Shown piece by piece: positions 1-12,112 of a stretch of 64,000 nt of DNA. The first letter of the stretch is position 1. Every line of letters starts with the position of its first letter. The notes under the pieces were generated by a model that had not been told where the DNA came from, did no database searches, and worked only from the letters and a program-made list of their open reading frames with translations. The stretch is taken from assembly GCF_006345805.1 (NCBI RefSeq), contig NC_043006.1, positions 29,016,001 to 29,080,000 on the forward strand, read 5' to 3'. A program made the translations under genes and the position numbers. The stretch comes from Octopus sinensis (Eukaryota).

Positions 1-29
1 TGGGACGGTACAAGAGCCAGTCGGCCAAA

Positions 30-1718
30 GCCTGCACCAGACTTCTGTGATTGTTATGGCAGGATTTTTACAGCTGGATGCCATTCCTCAGCAGAATGTG
101 AATAGTGCTTTTTATGTGGCACAAGCACAGGCAAGCTCAGTTTTGGCAAGGCTTTTACAGCTGGATGCCCTTCTGGAACCAACCACTTTACAGTGTGGAC
201 TGGATGCTTTTAAGTGGCACCTGCATTGACAAGGTCACCAAGTACATACAAGACAAAAACTTTTAAGAGGAGAGGAGGTATTGATGAAAAGGTTATAGTG
301 AGACAGATATAGGTGTTTTGCTGAAGTGGAAGTACAAGGTTACCCAGCCAGAGAGAGAAAGATCAGGAATGAAGACAGAAACGGGTGTGCTACTGTCAAG
401 AAAATACACATTTGCCCAACCTGAGGGAAGTACAGGAGGAGAGTGAGAGAGAGAGTGGGAGACCGCAGGATGGAGATGGTGGCAAAATGCTGGGCATGCT
501 CATAAGGAACAGGGATCGGAATATAAATGAGATCATTGAGTAAAGGAAGAGAGATATATAGATTGTGGCAAGTGCCAGGGCATAGTCTTCAGGTTCAAAT
601 GCCATAAGTGAAAGGATATTGTGAAGGGAGTGTGATTAAAGAGTGCAAGTAAGAGGATAAAGACCTGGGTATTTATAGAGCTGGAGGGATAGGAATGATA
701 CAGCGGAACATGAGTATGAGGACAGGATTGGAGAGCGAGAGCTAGGGATAGTGTATGAAGGAGGAAATGCGAGAAAGAGATGTAAATTGGTTTGTTGAGG
801 TAGGGTGAGGGAAAAATTTTTGTTACGTGTGTGTGTGTGTGTGTGTGTGGAACAGCCAGGTTGGGGGCTAGCAGATGGCAATAATAGAGCGAGACAAGGT
901 ATGTGGGTAGAATGCACAGGTCGGGGGGCAAGCAGAGAGCAATGATACAGTGGCACCAGGCCAAGAAGACAAGATTGGGGAGTGAGAGGTAATCATAGTA
1001 CATGAAGTGGAAATGTGAGGAAGAGAAGGGATATAAAGATGTAGTTTGGTTTGTTGTGGTCGAGTGTGTGAGAGGTTTTCTACATAGTTCTTCTGGAACT
1101 GTTTCACTGTTGGACATAAGAGGTCTTAACTTCATATCGCCACACATTTCTGTCCCTTGTCATTACCTCCATCAGGTCCTTACCACTTCATCCCAGGTCT
1201 TCCTGGACCTCCCTCTTCCACAGGTACCGTCCACTTTCAGTGATGGGCACTTCTTTATGCAGCTGTCCTCATTCATACACATCACATGTCCAAACCAGCA
1301 TAGTCTTCTCTCTTGCATACTATATTTGATTCCTCTTATGTCCAACTTTTCTCTCTACATTTGCACTTTGTCACACATGTTCACTGATGTTGCACATCCA
1401 ACAGAGCATACTACCTTCATTTCTCTCCAGTCTATGCATGTCTTCTGCATTCAGAGCCCATGTCTCACTACCATGGAGTATAGCCATTTGTACACAAGCA
1501 TCATAGAGTCTACCTTTCACTCTGACAAGCCACTCTTCTACTCCTAACTTTCTTAGAGACAACCATATAACAGAGCGGGGAAGTCTGTCAAAAGCTTTCT
1601 CCAGGTCAATGAAAGCTAAATACAACGGCTTACTTTTGGCTAAGTATTTCTCCTGCAGCCATCTCCCTAGGAAGATGGCATCTGTAGTACTCTTCCCAAA
1701 TACAAAACCAAACTCCAT
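30..1718 (-). mobile_element. RTE-clade LINE fragment with long pyrimidine-rich 3' region and internal RT deletion
   Basis: ORF 1371-1718: [54 protein letters not shown] joined directly to VKGRLYDAC..LHGSETW. Bases 30-1130 are similar to 40612-41540. Confidence 0.88.
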
Positions 1719-2014
1719 ATTTTTCTATTCCAAGAAACCAATAAATATGTTGAAACAGTTTTGTGTTTTGAAACTTAATGCTAATAAGTATGTGTGTATG
1801 TGTTGTTGGTGTACATTTCCTGCCTTACCTAAATATCTATGCTTTAGCTTTTTTGCTTGGAAATATTTTGCATGGGAGCCAGACCGGTGGCACTGGCAAC
1901 AACCATGCTCGAATGTTGTTTTTCACGTCAATTTCTTTTATCTCTTATTTTTATATTTATTGCTTTGTTCAATATTATTTAATTTTTATTACAGATAAAC
2001 AATAACAAAGAATC

Positions 2015-2119
2015 ATGACTGAAAATTTTGAATCTCGGAGAATTAAGATCCTCCAGCAAGAACGTGTACAAATTCAAAAGAAAACTTTCACAAAATGGGC
2101 AAATTCATTTCTTGAAAAG
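2015..2119 (+). CDS. kst: beta-H spectrin coding exon 1 (start codon)
   Basis: Acceptor ttacAG ends at 1994; 20 nt of UTR with an in-frame TAA at 2003-2005; ATG 2015; [35 protein letters not shown]; donor GTAAGC; phase 0. Confidence 0.93.
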
Positions 2120-5100
2120 GTAAGCAATATTCCATACCTATAAGATCGAAATTTTTATAAATTTTTTTTAAAGGTACTATTTATATGTGAGTGAGTGTGT
2201 GTGTCTGTGTGTGTGTGTATGGATATGAATGTAATTATTTAACATCCTACCTTCATACCATCAGCTATTGCCTGTTTGTTTTTCTTACATCCTTAGCACT
2301 GCAAACTTCTAACCTACTTGTACAATTCTAAGTTTTTATGGTTTCCCTCTGACTCCTACATATATATGCTTACTTTGCTCAGCACTTATCTGCAATCCAA
2401 ATATGCTTAGGACAGTTTAACAAGAACTGACAAATCGAAAAACTGCAAGCTCTGCTGTCTGTTTTGGCACAGTTTCTATAGCTGGATGCCCTTCCTAAAG
2501 CCTACCACTTTACAGTGTGTACTGGTTGCTTTTTACATGGCACCTATAGCAGGAAGGTCACCAAATAGTGTGCAGGTCACGACCTCTCAACTACAGGGAA
2601 TAGTATTGGACAGAAAAGGTATCTTGCAATAGAAGAGAAACACCGGTACTTCAGATAGAGAGAGAGAGGAAAGAAAGATGAAGATGTGACAGAAAAGGCA
2701 GGGGCTGTGCACCCAAATTACAGGGTGGTGTATATGGTGAAGTAAACTGGGGATTGGGAAAGGTGAGTGGGTGGGTGTGTTCCCAAGATGAGCTTCTAAA
2801 CTGATTGCGTTAGTCCTGAGAGAGGGAGAGAAAGGAGGCAAGATTGCAGATATGATAGAGGAGACCACCAGTGAGGGAGGGAGGTTTCTGGTGAGAGAAG
2901 CAAGATATCTGGTACTGTGGTGGGGTCCTGAATGGGTGAGCACATTGCGAAACACGCAAGGATTATTTAAGAGACAGTACAAAAAATATTTAGCCAACGT
3001 GAAAATACAGGAGGAAAAAGAAAAATAAGGTTTTAGAGCGATTTCAATTTGGAAATTACATGAAAAATTAAAGAGAAAAACTAAGGCAGAGAGAGAGAGA
3101 GAGATTAAGATGTGGAAGTTATATATTGAAGAGTCAATTGAAATAATTAGCTTACGAAATTAGTAATTAGTAATAATGCATGTTAGATCTATGAAGGAAT
3201 GAAACAATCAAAACAACGAAAGAATATCTTAGCTTAGCAGTACATAACGTGGCTGCCAATAATAACGAAACACTGGAATGAGCCGCATATATGATGGCCA
3301 TCCACTTGTGACCGAGGAAGACCATTTGCTGACCTTTAGGAACATTGTGTTCTCTAGGACTAACTTATATTTTGCATTTGCAGCTCCATTGGTGGCTAAT
3401 GAGCCCTGATCTTAACAAACATACATGACTACAAACATTGCAGACCTATATATATATATATATAAATTTAAATAGAGGTTAAAATAACCCCCTTAAGGGA
3501 TAGAAAATATCCAATGAATTACCTATTATTTTGGAAAACCTATCCTCATGTATCATGTTCTCCTGTACACCTGTCACACACAAACACTACTTTCTCTGTT
3601 CCTTCAAATAATTATAAAATACATCTGGGAAACAGTGTACCTTCAAGCAGAAATGAATTTTATGTCAACGGCAGCAAACAAGAAAATTCATCTAAAACAA
3701 GGCGAGACATGCATGTTGAGTATGGCTGCACATGCGTAAGGCACAACTAAAGTATAATGAAGAAGAAAGACAGCCATATTGGAAATATCTGCTCAGGCAC
3801 AGTTATATTTGGGGTGGGGTGGGGGCAATATTTCCTGAAAAAAAAAAGATACTTCTATGTTATCCTTATGATTGTTTTTATCTTTTGTTTTCTAGACTCG
3901 GTTTTACATCAACGATCTGTTCACAGACCTGTCTGATGGCAAAATCTTGATGAAACTTTTGGAACTAATATCCGGTGAAAGAGTTGGCAAACCAAATGAT
4001 GGCAAAATTAGGGTACAAAAAGTTGAGAATGTTTTGAAGTGCTTACAGTTTTTAAAATCCAAAGTATGTTGTCCTTTTTCTTCTTTTCCTTGATATCAAA
4101 AGTCATAAAATGTTGCCATTTATAACAAAAAAAACAAAAAAAGAAAGAACTTATAAATAAAATTACTTTATAGATATTTGTTTATTGTAGAAAATAAGAC
4201 ATGTAACAATTTCACAAATTGTCAAATTTCTGATTCATAAGAATTTCTTCTTCATATATTGGTAAAATGATAGCTACAAGGGGTTAGACTAATGTTAAAA
4301 TGTGTCAATTATTGGTTATGTATCCCTTTCTCTTCTCTTTTATTCCTGATCTAGTATATATAAATCACAGTATGTGTGTGTTTAATGACTAATGCATACG
4401 TTTCCCCAATTCTGAACTTTACACAAATGTTAGTTATGTCCCAAGGATGGTCATGCACTATAATATTTTGCCCAGAACTCCCAAGTAAATGGACATAAAT
4501 GGACATAGTTTCTTGTATGTAGGATCTTCCCTTATTTTTTAAATTTTTTTTTTATAAAAGTGAAAGAATTTTGTCTATTTGTTTACTTCAACTGTCCACC
4601 TGTGCAGTGACCCAGTTGGGAAACAGGATTTGGAAGCTGTCATTTTATTTTCATGTAAATAAATGTTTATGTTAATTCAAAAGATTATCTAAGAAATCTT
4701 ATTTAGCTATTATTTTTAGCATAGCATGTGTTATGTCTCAGGTAATTTCCTTTCATGTAAATAAATGTTTGTTAATTTTAAAAAATTTCCAAATTTGTTG
4801 TATGTACAGTTTTTTTGTATGCAGGGTCTTCCATACTTTTTTAATCTGTATTGTCGTATATTGGCATTAGACTATGATTAAATTCACTAGGAACACTGTA
4901 CGTGATGAATATCCAAGACCAAACAATCTTAATCTCCATATTTAAGCTGCATTAAACTTTGACAAGCTTACCTTTACCTATTCTGATTTACTTGAAAGGT
5001 GATGTTCCCTTCCCTCTGTTCTATTTGTTAATACCTTTGTTTACCTACCAATGTGTTGTTTCACTTTAAGGATGCTTATTTACCCATCTGTTATATTTCG

Positions 5101-8100
5101 ACTGCTCTCCATTGTTACAAATACATTTTAGCATTGAGGTTCTGGCCTTTTTTAAACAATCACATATGATTTGTCTCAAAGAATCAACCTTTAAATAAGA
5201 GTTTTGCTACCACCAGGGAAAGCTTTATGCATCTTTCAGAAAGCTCCATACCAATTTCACTTTATGCAACATTCACTGTTACTTTATGCGCAGGCTGTGT
5301 GGGGAAACAGAATAAAGGGGTTTTCGTTAGCTTATAACAGAATCGATAATCACTTGGTACGCTAAAACCTATTTTCCTTTTCCTGATAATACAAGCATGC
5401 CACCTAAAAAGAGAGCATGCATTGGCAGAAAGTCTTCTGTAGCAACAAGGCAGCTACATTGGTAGGCTAAGGAAATTGGGTACCAGGAGTCCTGTAGACT
5501 GTTGAAAAAAGCTGCCACTGCCTGAGCTGCAACTACTCCTGAGCAGCATGTGACCTATCAAGTGTGTGCTGCTGACACAAGGGCTGCTGAAACCCCACAA
5601 AAGAGTGCTATCCATTGGGCATGCAACGCTGCATCCACTTCTGCTGTGAGGTTGGCAGATGACGATAACCATCGGTTGATGAGACTTCAGTCTCATTGGA
5701 AGGCTCTTGCCTATGACTATTGGAAGCCATCGAGTAGTCGATGGGCATCAAAGGCACTCAACAAGAGACTGTTACTGGAGATATATCTGTAATATGTCCA
5801 TTTTGCAAGGCCCTCAAATGGAAAGGTTCACTTGCCTGACCCGCAAAACACTCCTCAGCTTTTCCTCTCTTTACTCCTTGGTCAACACCCAGATTTGCAG
5901 CAATTTATATAGAAAATTCGTGCTTATAACTCTGCCTTCCAGATGACAAGTTTCGGTCACAAACCCATTCATGAAGACTCCTATATGCCAACGTTCAAAA
6001 TTCAGAGCCAAACCTATCATTGGATAGGCTCTATTCTTCATGTCAACAACACTGAACACCAATTCCTTCAAATTTACTTCATGCGAGATACCACTAAGCA
6101 AATGACTCACTGAGTTCAGGTGGCACTTGGAACAAAGTGAAAAAATACCATCAGTGAAACTTAAACCGTCCAAAGGACAGATGCGTTTGCTAGTACAATA
6201 TACTACTATTTTAAGTTGTTTCATTTTTCATAATATCAAACTTATCTATACTTTAAATATAGATATATCTCAGATGCCTTGAATTAATTTTTTTTTTCTT
6301 GAGCTTTTGTGACCTGGAACTATTTATCTCCTCTTCAAAATGACAGTAAAAAAAAAAGTGAAATACTTATTTCCTCCACATCATTCCTTTTTTGTAACTT
6401 GTCTTTTTGAGTATTTTTCTGTGTGACTTGAACACATTGATCATATACTGCAAAATCAGCTTGTTTGACACCTATATTTGCTGGTGTCACATGGAAGGGA
6501 AAACCCTTTTGCACCAGTGAACTTGCACATACTATTATTACTTATTAGTTTATCAAGGCAGATCTCAAATGTAGCATGTTCTTTCTGTCATGCAAAACTA
6601 ACAAAGTACATTGCATTAGATGTTGTCCGTATAGCTGTGTACACCTGTAGTTAATAATAGCCAAATGTGTGATGATGATAGCTGCAGCAATTCAAAATTT
6701 GATATGATTGAAATGTGGTAGTTTTTATCTACTTAGATGGAATTTATTTTTGATCCATATTTTCCTTTTTGGGAAATTAGCTGCAGTGAAATCCGCACAT
6801 TTTCTTTTGCAATTTCTTTTTCACTGATTTTGGTAGAGTAGTTTTTAGTGGTAGTTGTGCTGCGATAAATTGTTGGCTGCTTGAATTTTATGCCTAACAA
6901 TTAGTGTCTGTTATAATTTCTACAGTTTGGTTTTATGTAAATTTTAAACAAAAATGAACCCAACCTCTGAAACCTGAACTGTTCCATTTTTGAACTAGTT
7001 GTCAATGATACTAAGGTATTTAAGAATATTGTAGATCTTTCTAGTCTGAGAAAATGTGCTGTGTATTTGCTTGATTATATTACAATTGAATGTTGTTTTA
7101 AATTTCACTAGATTTGGATACCTGATTTTTAACTTAATTCAGTGTTTTTCAACTTTTTATGTCCCATGCCCTAATCCAACTGTGTGTGTGCATATGTATG
7201 TATCCATCCGTCCAAGATTTAAGGAATGGATAAAATCTGGGCTACATATGTTTTATAGCAAGTGGAACCTCAGAAGTGGTAAATATCCAAGTGAGGTGTA
7301 TATCACAGGCTACACTTCAGGCCAAGAGTATCTTGATTGAATGAGGTTTACTTTGTTGTTAGGAGGCCTATGAATCTTCCATGTGTTAACATGGGCCTCC
7401 TAACAACAAAGTATACTTCATTCAATCAAGATGCTCTTGGCCTGAAGAGTAGCCTGTGATATACGCCTCGCTTGGATATTTACCGCTTCCGAGGTTCTGC
7501 TCACTATGAAACATGTAGCCCGGATTTTATCTGCACCATTCCTTAACTCTTGGCTGCCAATTGTGAAATACAAAATAATTTTTTTCAGTTCCTCGTACTT
7601 CAATACAGGAAAAATTCACAACTTTCCACCCCAATAAACCACTATTGTTCCTGAATGTTGTATTTTTTTATTTGCTTGAAGGTCATTTTCTTCCTACACA
7701 TTGATCCTTGGATATTATATATATCTATCTCTATATAATCTTCCTAAAAAGTTTTAATTAAAACTTTACTGCCACCTGTATTCCCTAGTTACTCACACTC
7801 CTGCCTGAAGAAAATCATGCTCTAGCCCAGTGGTTCCCAAACTCTTTTTTCTCACAATGCACCTTACAAGTAGTCAAAATATTTTGGAACACTTTCTACA
7901 TAAATTTTAAAATTTATTCAAAAGGGGTTTTATACATATTAGCATAGCATAAACTATAAAGTAATAGATAGATAATTAAAAAGGCAGAAAAAGTGCATGT
8001 ACTTACTCTTTATTCAATATTTGAAGCAATGTCATCAATGAGAAACATGCACTTGATATTTTGGGGAAAGGTTTTCGATATTGGGACAAATCCTCAGTTC

Positions 8101-11100
8101 TTTGATGCAACAGAGCTTCTCTTTTTTTAGATTTGATGTTATTGAGAGTTGAAAATCCCAACTCAGATAAATACGATGTGGAAAATTACATTAAAATGAA
8201 ATAAACCTTTTTTGCTACTGAGGGGTATTCTCCAATATATATCAGTAGTTAACTCAGCATACTTTATTTTAAGTCTGTGATCACTGGATGTGGATGTCAA
8301 TTCCTCTTCTTCACTTATTTTCAGACCAATATTAGATGGAATTTTATGAAGGGATTTCAAACCCAATCATACTCTTGTGTGTTGTTCAATGATGGAAAGT
8401 AAAAGTTTGTTTTCTTCCAAATATGTTGAATGTTCAAATACGAGTCATTTCTTTTATTCAGCTTTTACATATTAAGGGAAACATTTCAAAGTTACCACCT
8501 TGAGCTCTATTTTTTCAAATTACAACTTTCTTTTTAAATGAAATCAGCTTATCTGTTGAAGTGAGATGTTTTCATCTCTACCTTGCATAATTGTGTTTGA
8601 CGTTATTAATTTTTGCAAATATCTGTTAAATATTCAGCTTGGAAACTTAGAATTCACGTTGTAGATATTCCAAGAAGCGTTCATGTTTTACTTCTTAAAA
8701 AAATGCATGCAATTCCTTCTGGAGTTCATGTATGCGACATAGCACCTTACCTTCTGAGAGCAATCTGGCTTTGTGCTGGGAATCCATATCAATACAAATT
8801 TGTTCAAATAAGCAACACCCGACTTTTAATATAATTAACCTTTTCAACAACTTGGTTTAATACTTGCTTTAACTCAACTGGTATTAGTTTTTGAAACTAA
8901 TACATACTCATTGCTTCCTACATAGGGAGATACATCATTAGGATTTTACTGTTGTATGAACGATACAAAACGTTTAATAGAGCCCATCATAGATGGTACC
9001 CCATCGGCACATATTCCAACACATGGATTCCGGGATAAATTCTATTTTTCAAGGTAGGCAGATAAAATGTCAAAAATATCTTGACCTCTTGTAGTGAATG
9101 GTATTTCTTCACAACAAAAGAACTGATTTATGATTTGGTTACCATCAATAAAGCGAATAAATGTAATTGTTTTGTTGCTGTTAGTTGATTCGTCAACTTG
9201 TAGAGCAAATTCTGAGTTCTAAAGTTTGTTCTGTACATTCTCCTCTATATCAGCAGATAAATCCATAATTCTCTTATGTATTGTATTATTTGAGATTGGA
9301 ATCTTGCTTATTTCTTGCTTAGCTTCATCACCTAGCATGGTTTTAACCATCTTTCTACAAGCGGGTAAGATAATCGACTTGGCTAAAGTATGCGATTTCA
9401 TTTGTAGTGGAATCATTTCAGCTATCTCAATAGATGCGACTTGAGCCTTTTCTGAAGCATTCCTCCTTCTTTGAAAATAGTTTCTTTGACTAGATTGCTG
9501 TTCTAGCAGTCATTGGAAATGATTCAGATCTTTACATTGAAAATGTGAGTGTTTGGTTGTAAAATGTCTTTTCAACTTGTTGGGCAACATGCCTTTGTTA
9601 GACATCTTTTCATCACAAACAACACACAGCGGAAGAGGTTGATCCTCATTACCAGTTCAATGAAACCCAAACTTTAAATAGCTATTGCAATATTTTCGAT
9701 TGGATCGAGCTTTCGCATTATTATCACTACGCTTAATTGCTTTTGACAAATGTTCACTTTCAGATTCATAATCGTCACGGTTATGATTCCTCCTAATAAA
9801 CTTTTCCATTTTATGGGTAATTTAGTCTGTTAATATGAATTGTCTTGCACAAAGCGCACAGATTACTAACAGTCAAACTGAGACTGAGACAAGTGACCTG
9901 TGAGCCATGAAAAGTGGCAGCATGTCACATATTGGACTCTTTTGAGAAGTCTTTCAAAATTAATTGAAAAGATGAAAATTCTTGCCACTGTATGAATGAA
10001 AAAAATTGAAATACAGCCACAATACATGAGGACGCATTAAAAGATTTGGTTTAATATCGTATATTTTAGTTAATAGTTAATTTTTCACATTTATTGTTGA
10101 AATGAAAACTGCTGAGGCTACAACCGAAATAAACTGAAACATAATTGTGCACTGAATATGTCCATAAGACATCAATTTCAAGGATAGATTGATGCTAATT
10201 TAGTTCTTACCCTTATGAAATTTCAGATTCAAAATTGAATAACGTTGTCATACCGTAATTAGCCTAAATGAACTGAATGACACAACCACCTCTCATTCTT
10301 AGTTTAAAACTTAGTATTTAGTTTTTTTTTTCCATTTTGACATTTATATATGAACTTTCTAGTGAATCTTGGTTTGTATTTTTCATATTTTGAAATATAA
10401 TCTTACTTTTTCAAGGTGCACCTAATTACATCTTGCAGCGCATAGTTTGGAAACCACTGTTCTAACCCAATACTGTCTCCCCACTGGTAGAGGTGTAAAG
10501 CTTATCTGAAACAGTTCTCTAGTTCATAGGATTTGATTTTGTCAGAAATATAGTAAAAATTTAGGTATTTTTTTCTTCTTTATTACATATTAAGTTGCCA
10601 TCATCATCACCACCACCACGACTATTTAACTTCCGTTTTTCATACTGATAAGAGTTGGTCAGTTTGATAGGATCTGGTGAACTGGAAGACTGTTGCAAAC
10701 TCCAATGTTTGCTTTGGAATGGTTTCTGTGGCTGGGTGCACTGCTAATTCCAACCACTTTACAGAGAGTACTTGATGCTTTCTACATGGTATTGACACCA
10801 GCAAGGTCACCAAGTGTCTTGCAAGACAAAACCCCCTCAATTAAAAGGAGTAATATTGAGGGAGGTAGCTTTGTGTCATGTGATGAGAGGTTACAGTATG
10901 AATTGGACAGGAACAGGTGTCTTGCAGTAGTGGAGATCCATGATTAACCAAAGGGAGAAAAGGAGAAGGTGGTGAAGCTGTGTCAGGGCATACCCTCAAG
11001 TTACAGAAAGGTCATGTGATATGTATGAGCCATTAAGTAGTTTTACAAGAGTGTGGAAATAAAATGGCAGATGGAATAGAGGGGAATGTAGTGAGTGGTG

Positions 11101-12071
11101 AACATGGGTGGGTGGGTGGTCAATCATGAATGTCAGTTAGTGAGGAAGGTGGAGGAAATATGGGGGTAGGTTAGAGAGGTAATAGGTAGCAGCATAGCTG
11201 ATGTGGAGTGTGTGACATGCATGAAAGATGCACAGTGCCGGACACAAAGTCAGAGGTAAATGAGGTTGGAAATAGTGGAAGACAGCTTTGGAATGGAGTG
11301 GGCTGTGCCATAAAATAAGAAGGAGATAAAGGAAGGTGAAAGATGCATTCAGTGGTATATAAGGTGATGGTAAGAGATGGTACTGAGAATGTTTAAGAGA
11401 AAGGAAGTGGTTATAGGGAGGAAGCAGCTGAATGAGTTGTGCCATAGTCAGAAGAATGAGGGGGTAGGGCATTAAGAAGATGGGTTGTGAGAGCGGGGTT
11501 TGTCAGGGACTGAATAAGTACAGGGGCATAGTAAAAATGAGGCTTTAAAAGCATTCGCTTACATTGATGAATGACTATCAGATGTTTAAGCCCCACAGAG
11601 TAGCTAACAAAGGACCAAGATGATTGGTGATTTGCTTGCTTCAAAGAGACATATGGGTCTTTTTTAAGTGAGCAAATCACCAATCATCTTGGTCCTTTGT
11701 TAGCTACTCTGTGAGGCTTAAACATCTGATAGTCATTCATCAATATATCGTCCCACATCATTCTGAGTCTTCTTCCACAGATTTCATCTACATTTAGTGA
11801 TCAGCACTTCTTTATGCTGCTGGCTTTATCCATGTCTATCACATGGCCATACCAACACAGTATTCTCTCTTGTATACTACATTTGATGCCTATTCAGCCA
11901 AATTTTTCTCTTGACACATTTTCACTTTGTTGTATATGCACACTGGCCTTGCACATCTAGCAGAGCATGTTAACTTCATTTCTTTCCATGTTCTCTGCAT
12001 TCAGGGCCTGCATCTCACTACTATGTGGCATTGCTGTTTATACACAAGCATCATAAATTTGCATTTCACTT

Positions 12072-12112
<41 letters not shown>

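Noticed and set aside
533-1547. Long ORFs of 181-204 aa
   Set aside because: They are low-complexity or antisense readings of RTE UTR/ORF DNA, as are 37881-38204, 51151-51579 and the ORFs over 53514-54031.
1-1994. Promoter or first non-coding exon of the spectrin gene
   Set aside because: The region is almost all RTE-derived and exon 1 begins with a splice acceptor, so the transcription start is probably upstream of the window.
4840-5290. Possible L1/Tx1-like remnant on the minus strand
   Set aside because: Only vague resemblance with many stops; not supportable without a search.
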